Assembly: GCA_963732115.1 (NCBI GenBank)
Contig: CAVSYN010000001.1
Location: 9,341-73,340, forward strand
Reading direction: 5' to 3'
DNA from: an uncultured Bacteroidales bacterium
GTDB lineage: Bacteria; Bacteroidota; Bacteroidia; Bacteroidales; VadinHA17
Length of the DNA stretch: 64,000 nt
Of the stretch, positions 1-11,344 are shown one piece after another. The translations under genes were made by a program, and so were the position numbers. Under the pieces are notes generated by a model that was not told the origin of the DNA, did no database searches, and was given only the letters and a program-made list of their open reading frames with translations. How positions within the stretch are numbered: position 1 is the first letter of the stretch; each line of letters starts with the position of its first letter.

Positions 1-1448
1 GAATCATTCCCAAATACTGACCTGCTATAGAAAACCAAATCCTTAAGCTTTATTTCCTCGAAAGGGATCTTCGAACTCAGTTCACTCAGAACACTGCTTT
101 TGAATCTGCTGTAATCCTGATTTTCAACCTCGGAATCTGAATGGATCAGAACCATGTTGCTGTTGTAATATTCTCCTACTTTTCTTGCAATTGCATTCTG
201 GGCAACCTCAAGCGAAGAACTCGCCAGGAAAAGGGTTGGATTGTTTACCAGGGATGAATTGTTGTTAAGCTGAACAGGCGAAACTACCGGGATACCAAGA
301 CTTCCTGCGTAAGCAGCGACAAGTGCCAGGTTCCTGGAAAAGACAGGTCCGATTATCAGATCCATGTTGGCAAGGCTGCCTGAGCTTATGAGCCTGGCCA
401 CTTCAACGGTATCATTTTTTATATCAAAAACATGAATATCAATATTAAGGCCAAGAGATCTGAGGGTATCCGCTGCCAGTAAAATACCTTCATACAATTC
501 AACAAATCCCAGGCTGCGGGGATATATCCAGTCATCCTCCCTGTTAATCATTTTATAGATCTTTTTACCCTTCACCGACTTTGAGGAATCGACTTCGGCC
601 CGTTTCATATTATCATCGAGGTAAAAAGGCAGAAGAACTGCCACATCAATTGAACCTCCCAGATTCCTGACAGATGTATATTGCGAAGGTTTCTCAAGAT
701 AAACCATCTGTTCCTCAGGAACCAGTGGAACCGTATCCTGTGAAATCGCTTCAGCAGGTTTGCTTTCAGGAACTTTCATACCCGGGATCCTGAGATAATC
801 TCCAACCTGCGGGAACCTGGTATCCCTGTTTGCCCTCCTTAATTCACGCACAGTCAAGCCGTATTGCTGCGCTATGGATGCCATTGTTTCCCCCTTAACA
901 ACCTTATGGTAATAAGCCTGAGAGTCCCTTTGCGAAAAATTCTGTTTCTCATTCATGAACTCTTTTCTGGGGATTACGATCTCATAGCCAAGCGGGAGCT
1001 TGTTTATATCAATTCCGGGGTTGCTTTGGATAATATCATTTTCTGAAACACTAAAGGTCCTCGCCAGATAATAAATTGTCTCCCCTGGCTGAAGCCGGTG
1101 ATAGATATACTTATCCTCATCCCGCGTACCCGGCATTTGCTGGGAAATCTGTGATGAAGGTGCAGTATTGACGATAGCGACCGGGATCCTCAGATTCTGG
1201 CCCTCCTTTAGTCCGCTCAAAGCTAAGGGATTCTCCTTTGCAAGCTGTTCAACAGTAATTCCGTAAGCTCTTGAAATTGAATAAACGGTCTCCCCTTTTT
1301 TTACTTCGTGCAGGTAGTATGTGATACCTGAAATTACAACTTTGGTCTTTGATCTTTCAACAGCGACCTGCGTCCAAACCTGGGGGCTTGCAACCAGCAT
1401 TACTAATACTGCAACTAAATATCTTAATTTAAAAATCCTATAAATCAT
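1..1448 (-). CDS. LysM-repeat / periplasmic-binding-fold (PBP1) protein, runs off the left edge, probably frameshifted
   Basis: Manual translation from ATG at 1448 gives MIYRIFKLRYLVAVLVMLVASPQVWTQ...YYLHEVKKGETVYSISRAYG (signal peptide + LysM). Further LysM repeats follow (HRLQPGETIYYLA), then VAVLLPFYL and DLIIGPVFS segments typical of Bacteroidota LysM-PBP1 proteins. Confidence 0.75.
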   Translation of the reverse strand, partial: MIYRIFKLRYLVAVLVMLVASPQVWTQVAVERSKTKVVISGITYYLHEVKKGETVYSISRAYGITVEQLAKENPLALSGLKEGQNLRIPVAIVNTAPSSQISQQMPGTRDEDKYIYHRLQPGETIYYLARTFSVSENDIIQSNPGIDINKLPLGYEIVIPRKEFMNEKQNFSQRDSQAYYHKVVKGETMASIAQQYGLTVRELRRANRDTRFPQVGDYLRIPGMKVPESKPAEAISQDTVPLVPEEQMVYLEKPSQYTSVRNLGGSIDVAVLLPFYLDDNMKRAEVDSSKSVKGKKIYKMINREDDWIYPRSLGFVELYEGILLAADTLRSLGLNIDIHVFDIKNDTVEVARLISSGSLANMDLIIGPVFSRNLALVAAYAGSLGIPVVSPVQLNNNSSLVNNPTLFLASSSLEVAQNAIARKVGEYYNSNMVLIHSDSEVENQDYSRFKSSVLSELSSKIPFEEIKLKDLVFYSRSVFGND

Positions 1449-1453
1449 TTTGA

Positions 1454-2404
1454 TCAAAGTGTTATCAGGAAATTAAGGCAGTTCTTTTCAATTCGATCCC
1501 GGACATTGGTTATATCAGACCTGACAAATTTCTCTCCGGTTATTTTCTCGTAAAGTTCAATATATCTCTCTGAAACCTGAGCAACAAAGTCATCAGTCAT
1601 AAGTGGCACTTTTTGCCCTTCCTGCCCCTGGAAACCGTTTTTCATAAGCCATTCTCTCACAAATTCCTTTGATAGCTGCTTCTGAGGTAAACCTTTATCG
1701 AACCGTTCCTGGTATCCGTTTGCATAGAAGTACCGTGAAGAATCAGGAGTATTTATTTCATCAATCAGCATCACCTGTCCATCCTTATTGCCAAATTCAT
1801 ATTTTGTGTCTACAAGAATCAGACCATGCCGGGCTGCGATCTCCGAGCCTTTCAGGAAAACATCCATTGTATACTTTTCGATCAGGTCATATTCTTTTTC
1901 AGGAATAAGACCACTTTTAATAATTTCCTCACGTGAAATATCCTCATCATGCTTTCCATGCTCCGCCTTGGTGGTGGGTGTAATTATCGGAACCTCGAAT
2001 TTCTGATGTTCTTTCATGCCATCAGGCAAAGGGATTCCACAGATTTTCCTCACCCCGGCTTTGTATGTCCGCCAGGAGCTGCCTGTCAGGTATGCCCTTA
2101 CAATCATTTCAACCGGATACGGTTTGCAGATATGACCGATGGTTACTGTGGGATCAGGAGTTGCAATTTTCCAGTTCGGAACAATCTCCCTGGTGGCATC
2201 GAGGAATTTTGAAGCTATCTGGTTAAGGACCTGTCCCTTATAGGGTATTCCTCGTGGCAGAACAACATCAAAGGCTGATATCCGGTCCGATACAATCATC
2301 AGAAGGTATTTGTCATCGATATTGTATACATCCCTTACTTTACCTTTGTAGACACTTTTTTGTCCTGGGAACTTGAAATCTGAGGTCAGAATCGTCTTTG
2401 CCAT
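1454..2404 (-). CDS. purC: Phosphoribosylaminoimidazole-succinocarboxamide (SAICAR) synthase
   Basis: Motifs [47 protein letters not shown]. Confidence 0.97.
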   Translation of the reverse strand: MAKTILTSDFKFPGQKSVYKGKVRDVYNIDDKYLLMIVSDRISAFDVVLPRGIPYKGQVLNQIASKFLDATREIVPNWKIATPDPTVTIGHICKPYPVEMIVRAYLTGSSWRTYKAGVRKICGIPLPDGMKEHQKFEVPIITPTTKAEHGKHDEDISREEIIKSGLIPEKEYDLIEKYTMDVFLKGSEIAARHGLILVDTKYEFGNKDGQVMLIDEINTPDSSRYFYANGYQERFDKGLPQKQLSKEFVREWLMKNGFQGQEGQKVPLMTDDFVAQVSERYIELYEKITGEKFVRSDITNVRDRIEKNCLNFLITL

Positions 2405-2439
2405 AAATATTTTAAAATTTTCTCTATGTTTATTTCTAT

Positions 2440-2472
2440 CCCCCTTGCCCCTCTAAAGAGGGATCGGGGGAG
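2440..2472. repeat. GC-rich REP-like hairpin overlapping the phoH stop
   Basis: CCCCC-TTG-CCCCCTCT-AA-AGAGGG-ATC-GGGGG; same style as the repeats at 27906 and 30684. Confidence 0.4.
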
Positions 2473-3430
2473 TGTTTTCCTCCTGTTCATAAGCCCTGAC
2501 AATCCTCTTCACCAGTTTATGCCGTACTATATCACCTTCATCAAATTTGATAATTGATATGCCTTCAATATTGGCAAGTATCCTCATTGCCTGAAGCAGG
2601 CCCGATTCATTCTTCTTTGGAAGATCTATCTGGGTAGTATCTCCGGTCATAATGAATTTTGAGCAGACCCCCATCCTTGTCAAAAACATTTTTAGCTGGC
2701 TTATTGTCGCATTCTGTGCCTCATCGAGGATTACGAAGGCATTTTCAAGCGTCCTTCCTCTCATAAAGGCAAGCGGAGCAATCTGAACAGTTCCATCTTC
2801 CAGCCATGTTTCAAGCTTTTTGAAAGGGATCATGTCATGGAGTGCATCATACAGTGGCTGCAGATAAGGATCGAGCTTTTCCTTCATGTCTCCCGGAAGA
2901 AAGCCAAGCCTCTCCCCTGCTTCAACAGCCGGACGTGTCAGAACGATTTTCTTCACTTCTCTTTCTTTCAAAGCTCTGACTGCCAATGCAATGGATGTAT
3001 ATGTCTTCCCGGTTCCTGCAGGGCCGTCCGCGATGATCAGATCATTGGTCTTGTAATCATTTACCAGAAGCAGCTGATTGACAGTTCTTGCCCTGATGGG
3101 CTTTCCGCTTGTTCCAAAAACAATTACCTGCTCAAATTCACCATTTGATGCGCTTTTCAGGTGATCGGCATCAAAAAAGTACTTTTCAATATCCTGCTCA
3201 TCAAGCCTGCGGTATTTACGGTAATATTCAAGGATCTCATTAAACCTTTCTGCAAATAATGTGATCTCTGTCTCCTCCCCAATGCATTTTATTTCGTTGC
3301 CTCTGGCCACGAGCTTTATTTTGGGGAAGAAACTGCGGATTTTATCAAGAAGGGAATTATTTGTACCGTAAAATATTACAGGATCGATATCCTCAAGAAA
3401 TATTATTATCTCTGTCATTAAATCTTTCAA
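2453..3430 (-). CDS. phoH: PhoH-like ATPase
   Basis: GPAGTGKT Walker A, LTRPAVEAGERLGFLPGD, PLAFMRGRTL, LDEAQN, VRHKLV. Confidence 0.95.
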   Translation of the reverse strand: MKDLMTEIIIFLEDIDPVIFYGTNNSLLDKIRSFFPKIKLVARGNEIKCIGEETEITLFAERFNEILEYYRKYRRLDEQDIEKYFFDADHLKSASNGEFEQVIVFGTSGKPIRARTVNQLLLVNDYKTNDLIIADGPAGTGKTYTSIALAVRALKEREVKKIVLTRPAVEAGERLGFLPGDMKEKLDPYLQPLYDALHDMIPFKKLETWLEDGTVQIAPLAFMRGRTLENAFVILDEAQNATISQLKMFLTRMGVCSKFIMTGDTTQIDLPKKNESGLLQAMRILANIEGISIIKFDEGDIVRHKLVKRIVRAYEQEENTPPIPL

Positions 3431-3540
3431 AAGTTATATGATCTCCTTTCCTCTCAATTATCAGCCAGAAATTTAGCCAACAGTTTGTAAAAAAGATTTT
3501 TTGATCGATACAAAGTAAGTTTATTTTTTCTTTAGAAGAT

Positions 3541-3548
3541 TATCTTTG
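3541..3548 (+). promoter_or_regulatory. Bacteroidota -7 promoter element
   Basis: TATCTTTG matches TAnnTTTG, 17 nt upstream of the ATG at 3566. Confidence 0.5.
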
Positions 3549-3565
3549 TTCTAAGTTTTTTCCCG

Positions 3566-4360
3566 ATGCCGGTTATAACCCTTACTACTGAATGGAGGCC
3601 TGATGATATCTACAATGGAATCATAAAAGGGAAACTTTGCAGTTTATGTCCAGGGGCAACAGTTGTTGACAATGCCTGCAATATTCCGCCATTCAATATT
3701 GCACAGGCATCTTTTATTATAAGAAATACCTATCTTAATTACCCGAAAGGCTCCATTCACATCATATGCATTCATTCTGAAGCCCATAAAGATGAGAATT
3801 TTCTTATTATCAGGGCAAAGGATCATTTTTTCATCGGGACCGATAATGGCATTTTTTACCTGATACTTAATTCAGAACCCGACGAGATCGTCAGAATTGA
3901 TAATGACGGTTCAACCGATGAGCTGGAGATCTTTGCTAAAGCAGCGTCGGACCTGTTCAATGGAAAGAACCCATCCCAGCTCGGGACAAGGCTCGATAAG
4001 ATAAGCGAAAAGCTGCCTCTCAGGGCAACCATCGACAAAGAAGTGGTTATCGGGAGCATAATTTTTATTGATTCTTACGGGAATGTGATTTCGAATATTA
4101 CAAGGGAGATTTTTGACCGCATCTTTGAAAACGAAAAGTTCAGAATTTCAATCCAAAGCAATAAGAACTATACAGAAAATATTTCAAGAACCTACAGTGA
4201 TGTGCCTGTTGGAGAATTACTTGCCAGGTTCAATCAGCTCGATCTTCTTGAAATGTCAATAAATGGCGCTGATATTTCCGAACTACTCAGCCTTGAAGTT
4301 GGTTCCTCTGTCAGGATCGACATGCTGAACAAGGCAGCGCCACCCAACCGGTTGTTTTAA
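3566..4360 (+). CDS. SAM hydroxide adenosyltransferase / chlorinase-fluorinase family (DUF62) protein
   Basis: MPVITLTTE, YPKGSIH, FIGTDNG, IDSYGNVISNI, LEMSING motifs. Confidence 0.88.
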   Translation: MPVITLTTEWRPDDIYNGIIKGKLCSLCPGATVVDNACNIPPFNIAQASFIIRNTYLNYPKGSIHIICIHSEAHKDENFLIIRAKDHFFIGTDNGIFYLILNSEPDEIVRIDNDGSTDELEIFAKAASDLFNGKNPSQLGTRLDKISEKLPLRATIDKEVVIGSIIFIDSYGNVISNITREIFDRIFENEKFRISIQSNKNYTENISRTYSDVPVGELLARFNQLDLLEMSINGADISELLSLEVGSSVRIDMLNKAAPPNRLF

Positions 4361-4372
4361 AACAAATAATTA

Positions 4373-5155
4373 ATGACTGATAAAGAACGAAGCTGTGAGG
4401 AGTTTAACAGACTCCTTGATATTATTGATAATCTCAGGGTTAAATGTCCCTGGGATATGAAGCAGACCAATGAAAGCCTCAGAAAGCTTACAATTGAAGA
4501 GACGTATGAGCTTGCGGATGCTATTTTTTCAGACGATGACGAAGGTATAAAAGGTGAGCTTGGCGATCTTATGCTTCATATTGTTTTTTATGCCAAAATA
4601 GGATCTGAAAAAAATCTGTTTTCAATGACAGATGTCCTTAAAGGGATCAATGAGAAGCTTGTTTACAGGCATCCTCATGTATTTGGTGAAATAAAGGTCT
4701 CAGGTGCCTCCGAAGTTGAAAGGAACTGGGAACATCTTAAGATAAAGGAAAACTCAGGATATAAACCTGTTCTGTCAGGTGTCCCTTCCTCTCTCCCTGC
4801 AATTGTAAAAGCAAACAGGATCCAGGAAAAAGTCAGAGGTGTGGGTTTCGACTGGGAGGTCCGCGAGCAGATCTGGGATAAGGTAATGGAAGAGATATCC
4901 GAGCTAAAGGAAGAAATTGAGAATCACGATAGCGCGAGAATTGAATCGGAGCTTGGCGATGTATTCTTCTCGTTAATCAATGCTGCCCGGTTATATGGCA
5001 TCGATCCCGAAGCAGCGCTTGAAAAAACGAACAGGAAATTCATAAAGCGCTTTAATTACCTTGAAAAGGAAACACTTTCGAAGGGGATATCACTTCATGA
5101 TATGAGTCTTGACGAAATGAATGTGATCTGGGAAAAAGCGAAAGATGATGATTAG
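4373..5155 (+). CDS. mazG: Nucleoside triphosphate pyrophosphohydrolase MazG
   Basis: CPWDMKQT, IEETYELADA, ELGDLMLH, RHPHVFG, second ELGDVFF. Confidence 0.96.
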   Translation: MTDKERSCEEFNRLLDIIDNLRVKCPWDMKQTNESLRKLTIEETYELADAIFSDDDEGIKGELGDLMLHIVFYAKIGSEKNLFSMTDVLKGINEKLVYRHPHVFGEIKVSGASEVERNWEHLKIKENSGYKPVLSGVPSSLPAIVKANRIQEKVRGVGFDWEVREQIWDKVMEEISELKEEIENHDSARIESELGDVFFSLINAARLYGIDPEAALEKTNRKFIKRFNYLEKETLSKGISLHDMSLDEMNVIWEKAKDDD

Positions 5156-5997
5156 GGCTGCTTCGCAAATTTATAGCTGAGAAGCTGATAGATAATTTTT
5201 GCCGCGACAAAATCTGGTCCTTTGTTTGCAGGTGAGGGACACAGCTCAACCACATCAAACCCAATGACGTTTTTTTCCCTGATTACATCCCTGAGGAAAT
5301 GCATAATCTCAAAGTATTCAGGACCACCAGGTTCAGGTGTTCCCGTTGATGGGATAAGCGAGGGATCAAATACATCGAGGTCGATGGTTATGTATACGTT
5401 TTCTGAAAGCGTCTCAATAGCTTTGGAATATAACTTCTTTTTGTGATACAGCTCATGGGCAAAGAATATTTTACCTCTGTCCATTAGGGGTGTCTCTTCT
5501 GATGCCATGCTCCTGATGCCTACCTGGACAATGGGAGCATATTCGCGGGCTCTGGCCATAGCACAGGCATGGTTAAAAAATGATCCTTCATATTTCTGTC
5601 TCAGATCGGTATGTGCATCCATCTGGAGAACTGACAGGTTCTTGAACCGTTCGGAAAATGCTCTTATGGAACCAATACTGACAGTGTGATTACCCCCGAC
5701 TATGACAGGGAACTTATAATCATTCAGGACAGATTGAGTTACTTTGTACACCTCATTTACCAGGGCTTCGGGTGATCCTTTCTCACTGACCGGGTCAATT
5801 GTATGAATGCCATGAAGATGTGCCTCTGATTCAGTTTCAACATCATAAAACTCAAGATTGACAGATGCCTTCATAATTGCATCCGGACCTTTATCGGCGC
5901 CTTTCATCCATGTGCTGGTTTCATCGTAAGGAACAGGAATAATAATTATACCTGAAGCAGCATAATCATAAACTACCTCACTACCACCAAAATTCAT
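5152..5997 (-). CDS. speB: Agmatinase (ureohydrolase family)
   Basis: GGNH, DAHTDLR, DLDVFDPS, GTPEPGG, DVVELCP. Confidence 0.9.
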   Translation of the reverse strand: MNFGGSEVVYDYAASGIIIIPVPYDETSTWMKGADKGPDAIMKASVNLEFYDVETESEAHLHGIHTIDPVSEKGSPEALVNEVYKVTQSVLNDYKFPVIVGGNHTVSIGSIRAFSERFKNLSVLQMDAHTDLRQKYEGSFFNHACAMARAREYAPIVQVGIRSMASEETPLMDRGKIFFAHELYHKKKLYSKAIETLSENVYITIDLDVFDPSLIPSTGTPEPGGPEYFEIMHFLRDVIREKNVIGFDVVELCPSPANKGPDFVAAKIIYQLLSYKFAKQP

Positions 5998-6008
5998 GGC
6001 AAATTGAT

Positions 6009-6519
6009 TTATATCGCTGTTACTTCTGTTCTTTTGATCCGGGTGTGCTTTTCTTCTTTTTCTTTACGGGAGCTGGTGCTTTGGTCTCAGGTTCGGGCTC
6101 AGTCTTGTCGGCACTCTCCACTCTTTTCAGGCTCCTCTCTTATCAGCATATTTTTCTTCTGGAGAATATTATACCAAAGCACGACCTTTCTTAACATCGC
6201 TCACATAAACCTTTTCCCTTGAATAATCAGGGACTATTTCCTGGAAATACTTTTTCAGCTTCTCAGGATCGGATTTTGAATCAATCGCCGGTCCGCCTGC
6301 TTCCTTCTCAAATATCTTGTCGAATACTTTACCAAGCGGAAGATCTTCATTTTCAGTAAATACCGAAATGTCCTCAAGCGAGCTCACTTTGGCAGAACTG
6401 AATGCGCTGCTTCTTTTTCCAGTTTCGATATGTTCGACAATTATTGCATTTTTGCCCTGAGCTATAAATTTGAAGAGACCCTGTTCACCGGAAATGGCCA
6501 ATATGTCCTTTAATACCAT
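6009..6519 (-). CDS. DUF5606/DUF6852 family protein (frameshifted near 6180)
   Basis: LKDILAISGEQGLFK, VSSLEDISVF, VPDYSREKVYVSDVKK; continues WYNIL in another frame. Confidence 0.8.
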
Positions 6520-6597
6520 AGCTGTCTTTTTTGTATGCAAATTTAATTCTTGTAAATAAACTTATGTTTTATTGGAATATTATTTAGTGAAGAATAA

Positions 6598-7328
6598 TCA
6601 GTTTATGTTTCTTTCCTTCTTGATTTTTTCGTAGGCTTCATTTACCTTCCTGAACTTCTCATCGGCTGTTTTCCGGAATTCCTCTCCAAGGTGGCTTACC
6701 TTATCGGGATGATATTTCATTGCCATCCGCCTGTATGCTTTCTTAACCTCTTCGTCGGTTAGCAGTCCGCTCAATTTCAAGGATTTTATAGGCTGAATCA
6801 GTTTCGGGAACAAACATGTTCCTTATTGAAAGAAAGTCGGATGAGGATATGCCGAGATATCCCGACATTTTTTCTATTGCTTCGAGTTCCAGGGGATGCA
6901 TCTCACCGTCGGCAATTGAAATATTAAAAAGAAGATGAAGAAGCTGAAGACGTGATGAATAATCCATGTTCCTGCTTATCTGCTGACACACATCCCTGAT
7001 GGGAATTTCCTGCTTAAGAATATCCCTGAGCATCCGCAGCGCTTCATTTGCACTGAGACGGACCAAACTGAGTCACAAAGAACTGCTTAACGTAGTCCAG
7101 CTCAGATTTGACAACTTTACCGTCAGCCTTCATCATCGCGGCAATAAGGACAAGCAGGCTCATTCCGAAATCACCCTGAGCCGTCTGGCTTGCAGAACCT
7201 GTATACATGGATGTCTGAATGGTTGTGTTATCTACCATTGAGCCGACAAGGAAACCCAGTACAGCACCAAGAGGACCACCCATCACAAATCCAAGACCTC
7301 CTCCTATCCATTTTCCAAAGTTTCCCAT
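6598..7328 (-). CDS. djlA: DjlA-like TerB + DnaJ domain co-chaperone (split into three ORFs by frameshifts)
   Basis: [48 protein letters not shown] (J-domain HPD). Confidence 0.85.
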
Positions 7329-7331
7329 ATA

Positions 7332-7953
7332 TCAAATTGCTTTTTTATACAAGTTTAATATTTCCTCATGAACTCCCAGGATGGCAGGAATTATCATATC
7401 ATTTTCAGAATTGAAGATAATATAATCGGATTGTTTTATCCGTGATTCATCGTCGATCTGATTATTAATGCGTTCCATCACCTGTTCCCTTGTAAACTTG
7501 TTTCCCTTGACTAGCCTCTTCGATCCTTTCCTCCATCGGAGTAACTACTGTAAGAATCTTATCCATGAATCTGTAAGCCCCGCTCTCAAAAAGAATGGCA
7601 GCCTCCATGATTGTATAAGGCGAATCCTGTTCTGATACCCACTTCCTGAAATTCCTGAATACAACCGGGTGAATCAAGAGCATTTACTTTTTCAAGCAAG
7701 GGCTTTGTCATTGAAAATTAGTCGTGCCAGCTCAGGCCGGTCGAGTTTCCCTGTCAGATAAAGGTCCTTTGCCGGCAAGGATATTAATTTTATCCATTAT
7801 TTCACTGTCGGAATCCTGAATTGTCCTTGCCTCTGCATCAGCCGAAAAAACCGGAATGCCAAGAACCGTAAAAACCTTGCATACGGTAGTCTTACCGCTT
7901 CCAATACCTCCGGTAACACCAAGTTTCAATCCGTGACCAGACTTGTTGTTCAT
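7332..7953 (-). CDS. coaE: Dephospho-CoA kinase (frameshifted)
   Basis: GVTGGIGSGKTT, IHPVV, EAAILFESG across ORFs 7732-7953 and 7465-7683. Confidence 0.92.
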
Positions 7954-8939
7954 CTGAGTTTCTTTTCGATGAGAAAATCAACTTTGGAAGGTGTTACTCT
8001 CAGTGAATTTACGAAAGGAGGAACATTGGGAATTTCAACGGGAATTTTATCGGTGGAATTGAGATCTACCTTCTTAAGGTCGAGAACAACTTCAAAAGGC
8101 CTCTCTTTAAACTGGTTATAATCGCTTACAGCAACCTGGCACCTTATGGTCACTTCGTCGGGGAAGATCCTGACATCAATCGTATCACGGCTGTTGATGA
8201 TCTTAACCGGCACACGAATCTCAGCTTCAGTAAACTGTTCAACCGGTATTGTAATCATTACTTTCTTCACGGAAGACAGAATACTCCTTCGAGGTCCTCA
8301 GCACAATACTCCTGGTAATCGTTTCATCAACGCCTGTGAGTCGTTTAAAGCGGGTTCTTACATTTTCTATTGTATCAACTATGTGCTTCGGGCCGGTTAG
8401 GACTACTGAATCAGGTTTAATCTTAATATTCCCCTTAACCGAGTATTGCCTTTCAGTCAGGACCTCAATGTCAGGAATAACAGGTACAGCTTTTGCAATG
8501 ATCCTGTCAAAAGAGAAAAAAAGAGTATCAGGTTTTATTGAAATTGATTTCGCATTCGGTACGCAGCTGATTTTTAAGTTTCGGAATAAGTCCCGAGGAC
8601 AGGATATAATAGCTGAGTGTTTTGCTTCCTGTCACTCTACGGTAATTTATGGTGGAAAAATCAAGGATCAAAGGAGCGCGACTGCCTGAAAGCTTAAGCT
8701 TGAGTATTGAATAACCGGGACCTTTCAGGTACAGGTCAAGCCTGGGAGGCAGATCTGCAGAAAGAACCCTTTCCTTTGGCAGGTTAATATATCTTACCGG
8801 ATATTTTAGATCGGACTCAATATTTTTCCCCAGCGAGTTAAGGTACCAGAATATAAATGAGAGTAAAAGGAAGAAAGCAAAAACAATCACATCTCTGTCG
8901 ATACCGCCTGCTCCCTTTTCCAAAATTTTTCTCCACCAT
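7950..8939 (-). CDS. YbbR/CdaR-like domain protein (frameshifted)
   Basis: N-terminal TM FAFFLLLSFIFWYLNSL, PVRYINLP, IPVEQFTE...IFPDEV; conserved position between yajC and coaE. Confidence 0.78.
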
Positions 8940-8981
8940 ATGCCGGATAGTCCCTTTCACACGGGTAAATAAAAATACAAA

Positions 8982-9317
8982 CTATTCAACATCCGAAGTC
9001 GGATCCTTCACCAGTGCACTTTTGTCCACCTTTAGCCTGAGATCACCGCCAACTTCAAGCATTACATAGTTGTCTCTCACTTCCTGCACCCTGCCGTAAA
9101 TACCTCCTGTAGTAATAACCTTATCACCTTTTTTAAGTGAGTTCCTGTAATTGGTCATCTCTTTCTGCTTCTTCATCTGGGGCCTGATCATAAAAAAATA
9201 GAAAACTACAAAAACCAGCAGGAGCGGCAGAAAAGTTATCAGTGCATTTCCCTGTCCGCCAGTGGTGCCGGAGGGCTGTCCCATAAGTAAAATAAAAGAT
9301 AAAGTGTTCATAGTCAA
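8982..9317 (-). CDS. yajC: Preprotein translocase subunit YajC
   Basis: FYFFMIRPQMKKQK, LKKGDKVITTGGIYG. Confidence 0.96.
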   Translation of the reverse strand: MTMNTLSFILLMGQPSGTTGGQGNALITFLPLLLVFVVFYFFMIRPQMKKQKEMTNYRNSLKKGDKVITTGGIYGRVQEVRDNYVMLEVGGDLRLKVDKSALVKDPTSDVE

Positions 9318-9320
9318 TAA

Positions 9321-9348
9321 TTATTTATTATTTGTTATTTGTTATTTA
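9321..9348. repeat. Heptamer tandem repeat (TTATTTR)x4
   Basis: ttattta ttatttg ttatttg ttattta between DUF1573 and yajC. Confidence 0.6.
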
Positions 9349-9776
9349 TTACCAGCAGTTACTTCAGCTGTAATTTTAAGGATTACCACTTTCTCCGGGG
9401 AGTTTGAGTGTACAGAGATTGTCTTGGTCTGCATTCCGCTTCTGCCTTCCGTATCAAAAACAACCTCAAGGCTTCCTCCTTTACCTGCGGGGATCGGATC
9501 CCTGTCAAACTTTGTTACCGTGCAACCGCAGCTTGTGTTGGCTGAACTTATTACAAGAGTCCCGGGACCCTTATTCTCAAAAGCAAATATCCAGGCTATC
9601 TTTTCACCTTCAGTCACTTTGCCGAAATCATGCTCATATTCCCGAAAACTTATTTCTCCGGATTCGCCTTCGGCAGGAAGGTTACCATTAGATAATGACT
9701 TCTTACCTGAACCTGAACTGCATGCAGTTAGTAAAAGCACACTAAGCCACAAAAATGTGATCACTCTGTTTTTCAT
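9342..9776 (-). CDS. DUF1573 domain lipoprotein
   Basis: Lipobox LLTAC, HDFGKV, F.FENKG, TSCGCT, PIPAGKGG. Confidence 0.9.
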   Translation of the reverse strand: MKNRVITFLWLSVLLLTACSSGSGKKSLSNGNLPAEGESGEISFREYEHDFGKVTEGEKIAWIFAFENKGPGTLVISSANTSCGCTVTKFDRDPIPAGKGGSLEVVFDTEGRSGMQTKTISVHSNSPEKVVILKITAEVTAGNK

Positions 9777-9797
9777 GTCAGGAATCTATACAGATTT

Positions 9798-10765
9798 TCA
9801 GTTTACATCAAAATTTTTCTCACCAACAAGCCCCCTGCCCGACTTTTTAAAGAGACCCTTTTCACGTACTTCTTTTACGATATTGTCGAGAATTCCGTTA
9901 ACAAATGTACTGCTTTTTGAAGTACAATAGCATTTGGCTATTTCAATATACTCATTCAGAGTAACTTTGACAGGGATTTCGGGGAATTCCAGTATCTCGG
10001 TGATTGCCAGCTGCATTACCAGGATATCCATAAGGGCAATACGCTCAACCTCCCAGTTGGTCGTATTGTTGTCTATCAGTTCTGAACATTCCTTTGAATG
10101 AAGTATTGCTTTCCTGAACAATATTCTGACAAAATCCTCATCCTCCTTGTTCTTGAACAAGAGGCAGCATGCTGATTTTCTCTCCGTTATCCTGTTTGAA
10201 TTTCTTAAGGGTCTTTTCAATCATTACAGTCACATACCCGGTATCATCGTTCCAGTAAATACTCTGTTCCTCGAAATTTGCCTCGAGATCCTCTGATGCT
10301 GCAAAAAGATCTGTTATAAGACTGATAATGAATTTCTTATCAGATGCATAACTATGAACCTCGAGTGGTCATATATTCCTCATACTTATCCCATGCAAGC
10401 ATTTTGTTAAACATTAACCTTGGTATATGAGAATAATTGACCCAGGAAAGCTTTCTGGAGGCTATATAGTCGTTAAATCCCTTGTTTTTTCTTAGCTGGG
10501 CAATCAGCTGGTTATCAATAAATCTTCTTTTGGGATTTAGGTCCTCGGTGGTTGGCATCCTTTTCTGCAGAGCCTGATCTATTTTCTCAGAAGCAACATC
10601 GGCAATTTCAAGGACCAGCAGAAGCAGATAATGATAAAGATCGTAAGTCTTTTCAATGCTGAACATCAGCTCTTTCTCGGCAAGGGCAAGATTTTCGTCT
10701 TCCCTGCGGTTGAATGCATAAAGGGCCATAAGGGCTTTTATGCGTAATAATCTCCTGCTTATCAT
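9798..10765 (-). CDS. nusB: Transcription antitermination factor NusB (frameshifted)
   Basis: MISRRLLRIKALMALYA; NWEVERIALMD, PVKVTLNEYIEIAK, FVNGILD. Confidence 0.93.
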
Positions 10766-10864
10766 TAATAAAGAACCTCAGCTTTAGCCTGCAAAAATAA
10801 CTTTTTTCCTTTACCTTCAAAACATAAGTCTAAAATTTGGCACATTTAAAAGGGCTTATTTTGA

Positions 10865-10889
10865 TTTGAAAAAATAATTCTTACATTTG
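10865..10889 (+). promoter_or_regulatory. Bacteroidota -33/-7 promoter
   Basis: TTTG at 10865 and TACATTTG at 10882, upstream of ORF 10928. Confidence 0.45.
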
Positions 10890-10927
10890 ACAATCAAAAC
10901 ACTAGCCTAACCTAAACTAACAGCGAA

Positions 10928-11329
10928 ATGGAAGAAGAAGCCGGAATTAAGGAAGTTGTCAGCAGTAATGATGAAAAGATCGTTAAGGAAGAAATCTACA
11001 CTAAAGTGGTAAGAGCCGGAAAAAGGACATATTTTTTTGATGTTAAAGCTACCCGTAAGGAAGATTATTACCTGACTATCACTGAAAGCAAAAAACGTCT
11101 TGGCAAAGAAGGAAAGGTTTTCTACGAAAAGCACAAGATCTTTCTTTATAAAGAAGATTTTGAGAAGTTTGCCGACGGTTTAAGAGATGCTGTTACATTT
11201 ATCGGCAACGGCAAAAATGAATTAAAACCAGAAACAATACAATCAGAAGAACCAGTTAAACAGGAAACAGGAGAACTTTCTACAAGGGAATTTTCAAATA
11301 TTGAATTTGATGACCTTGGTAAAAAATAA
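10928..11329 (+). CDS. DUF3276 / PUR-family nucleic-acid-binding protein
   Basis: VRAGKRTYFFDVKATR, YLTITESKK, YEKHKIFLYKEDFEKF. Confidence 0.92.
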   Translation: MEEEAGIKEVVSSNDEKIVKEEIYTKVVRAGKRTYFFDVKATRKEDYYLTITESKKRLGKEGKVFYEKHKIFLYKEDFEKFADGLRDAVTFIGNGKNELKPETIQSEEPVKQETGELSTREFSNIEFDDLGKK

Positions 11330-11344
11330 AGAGTATCTTTCTGA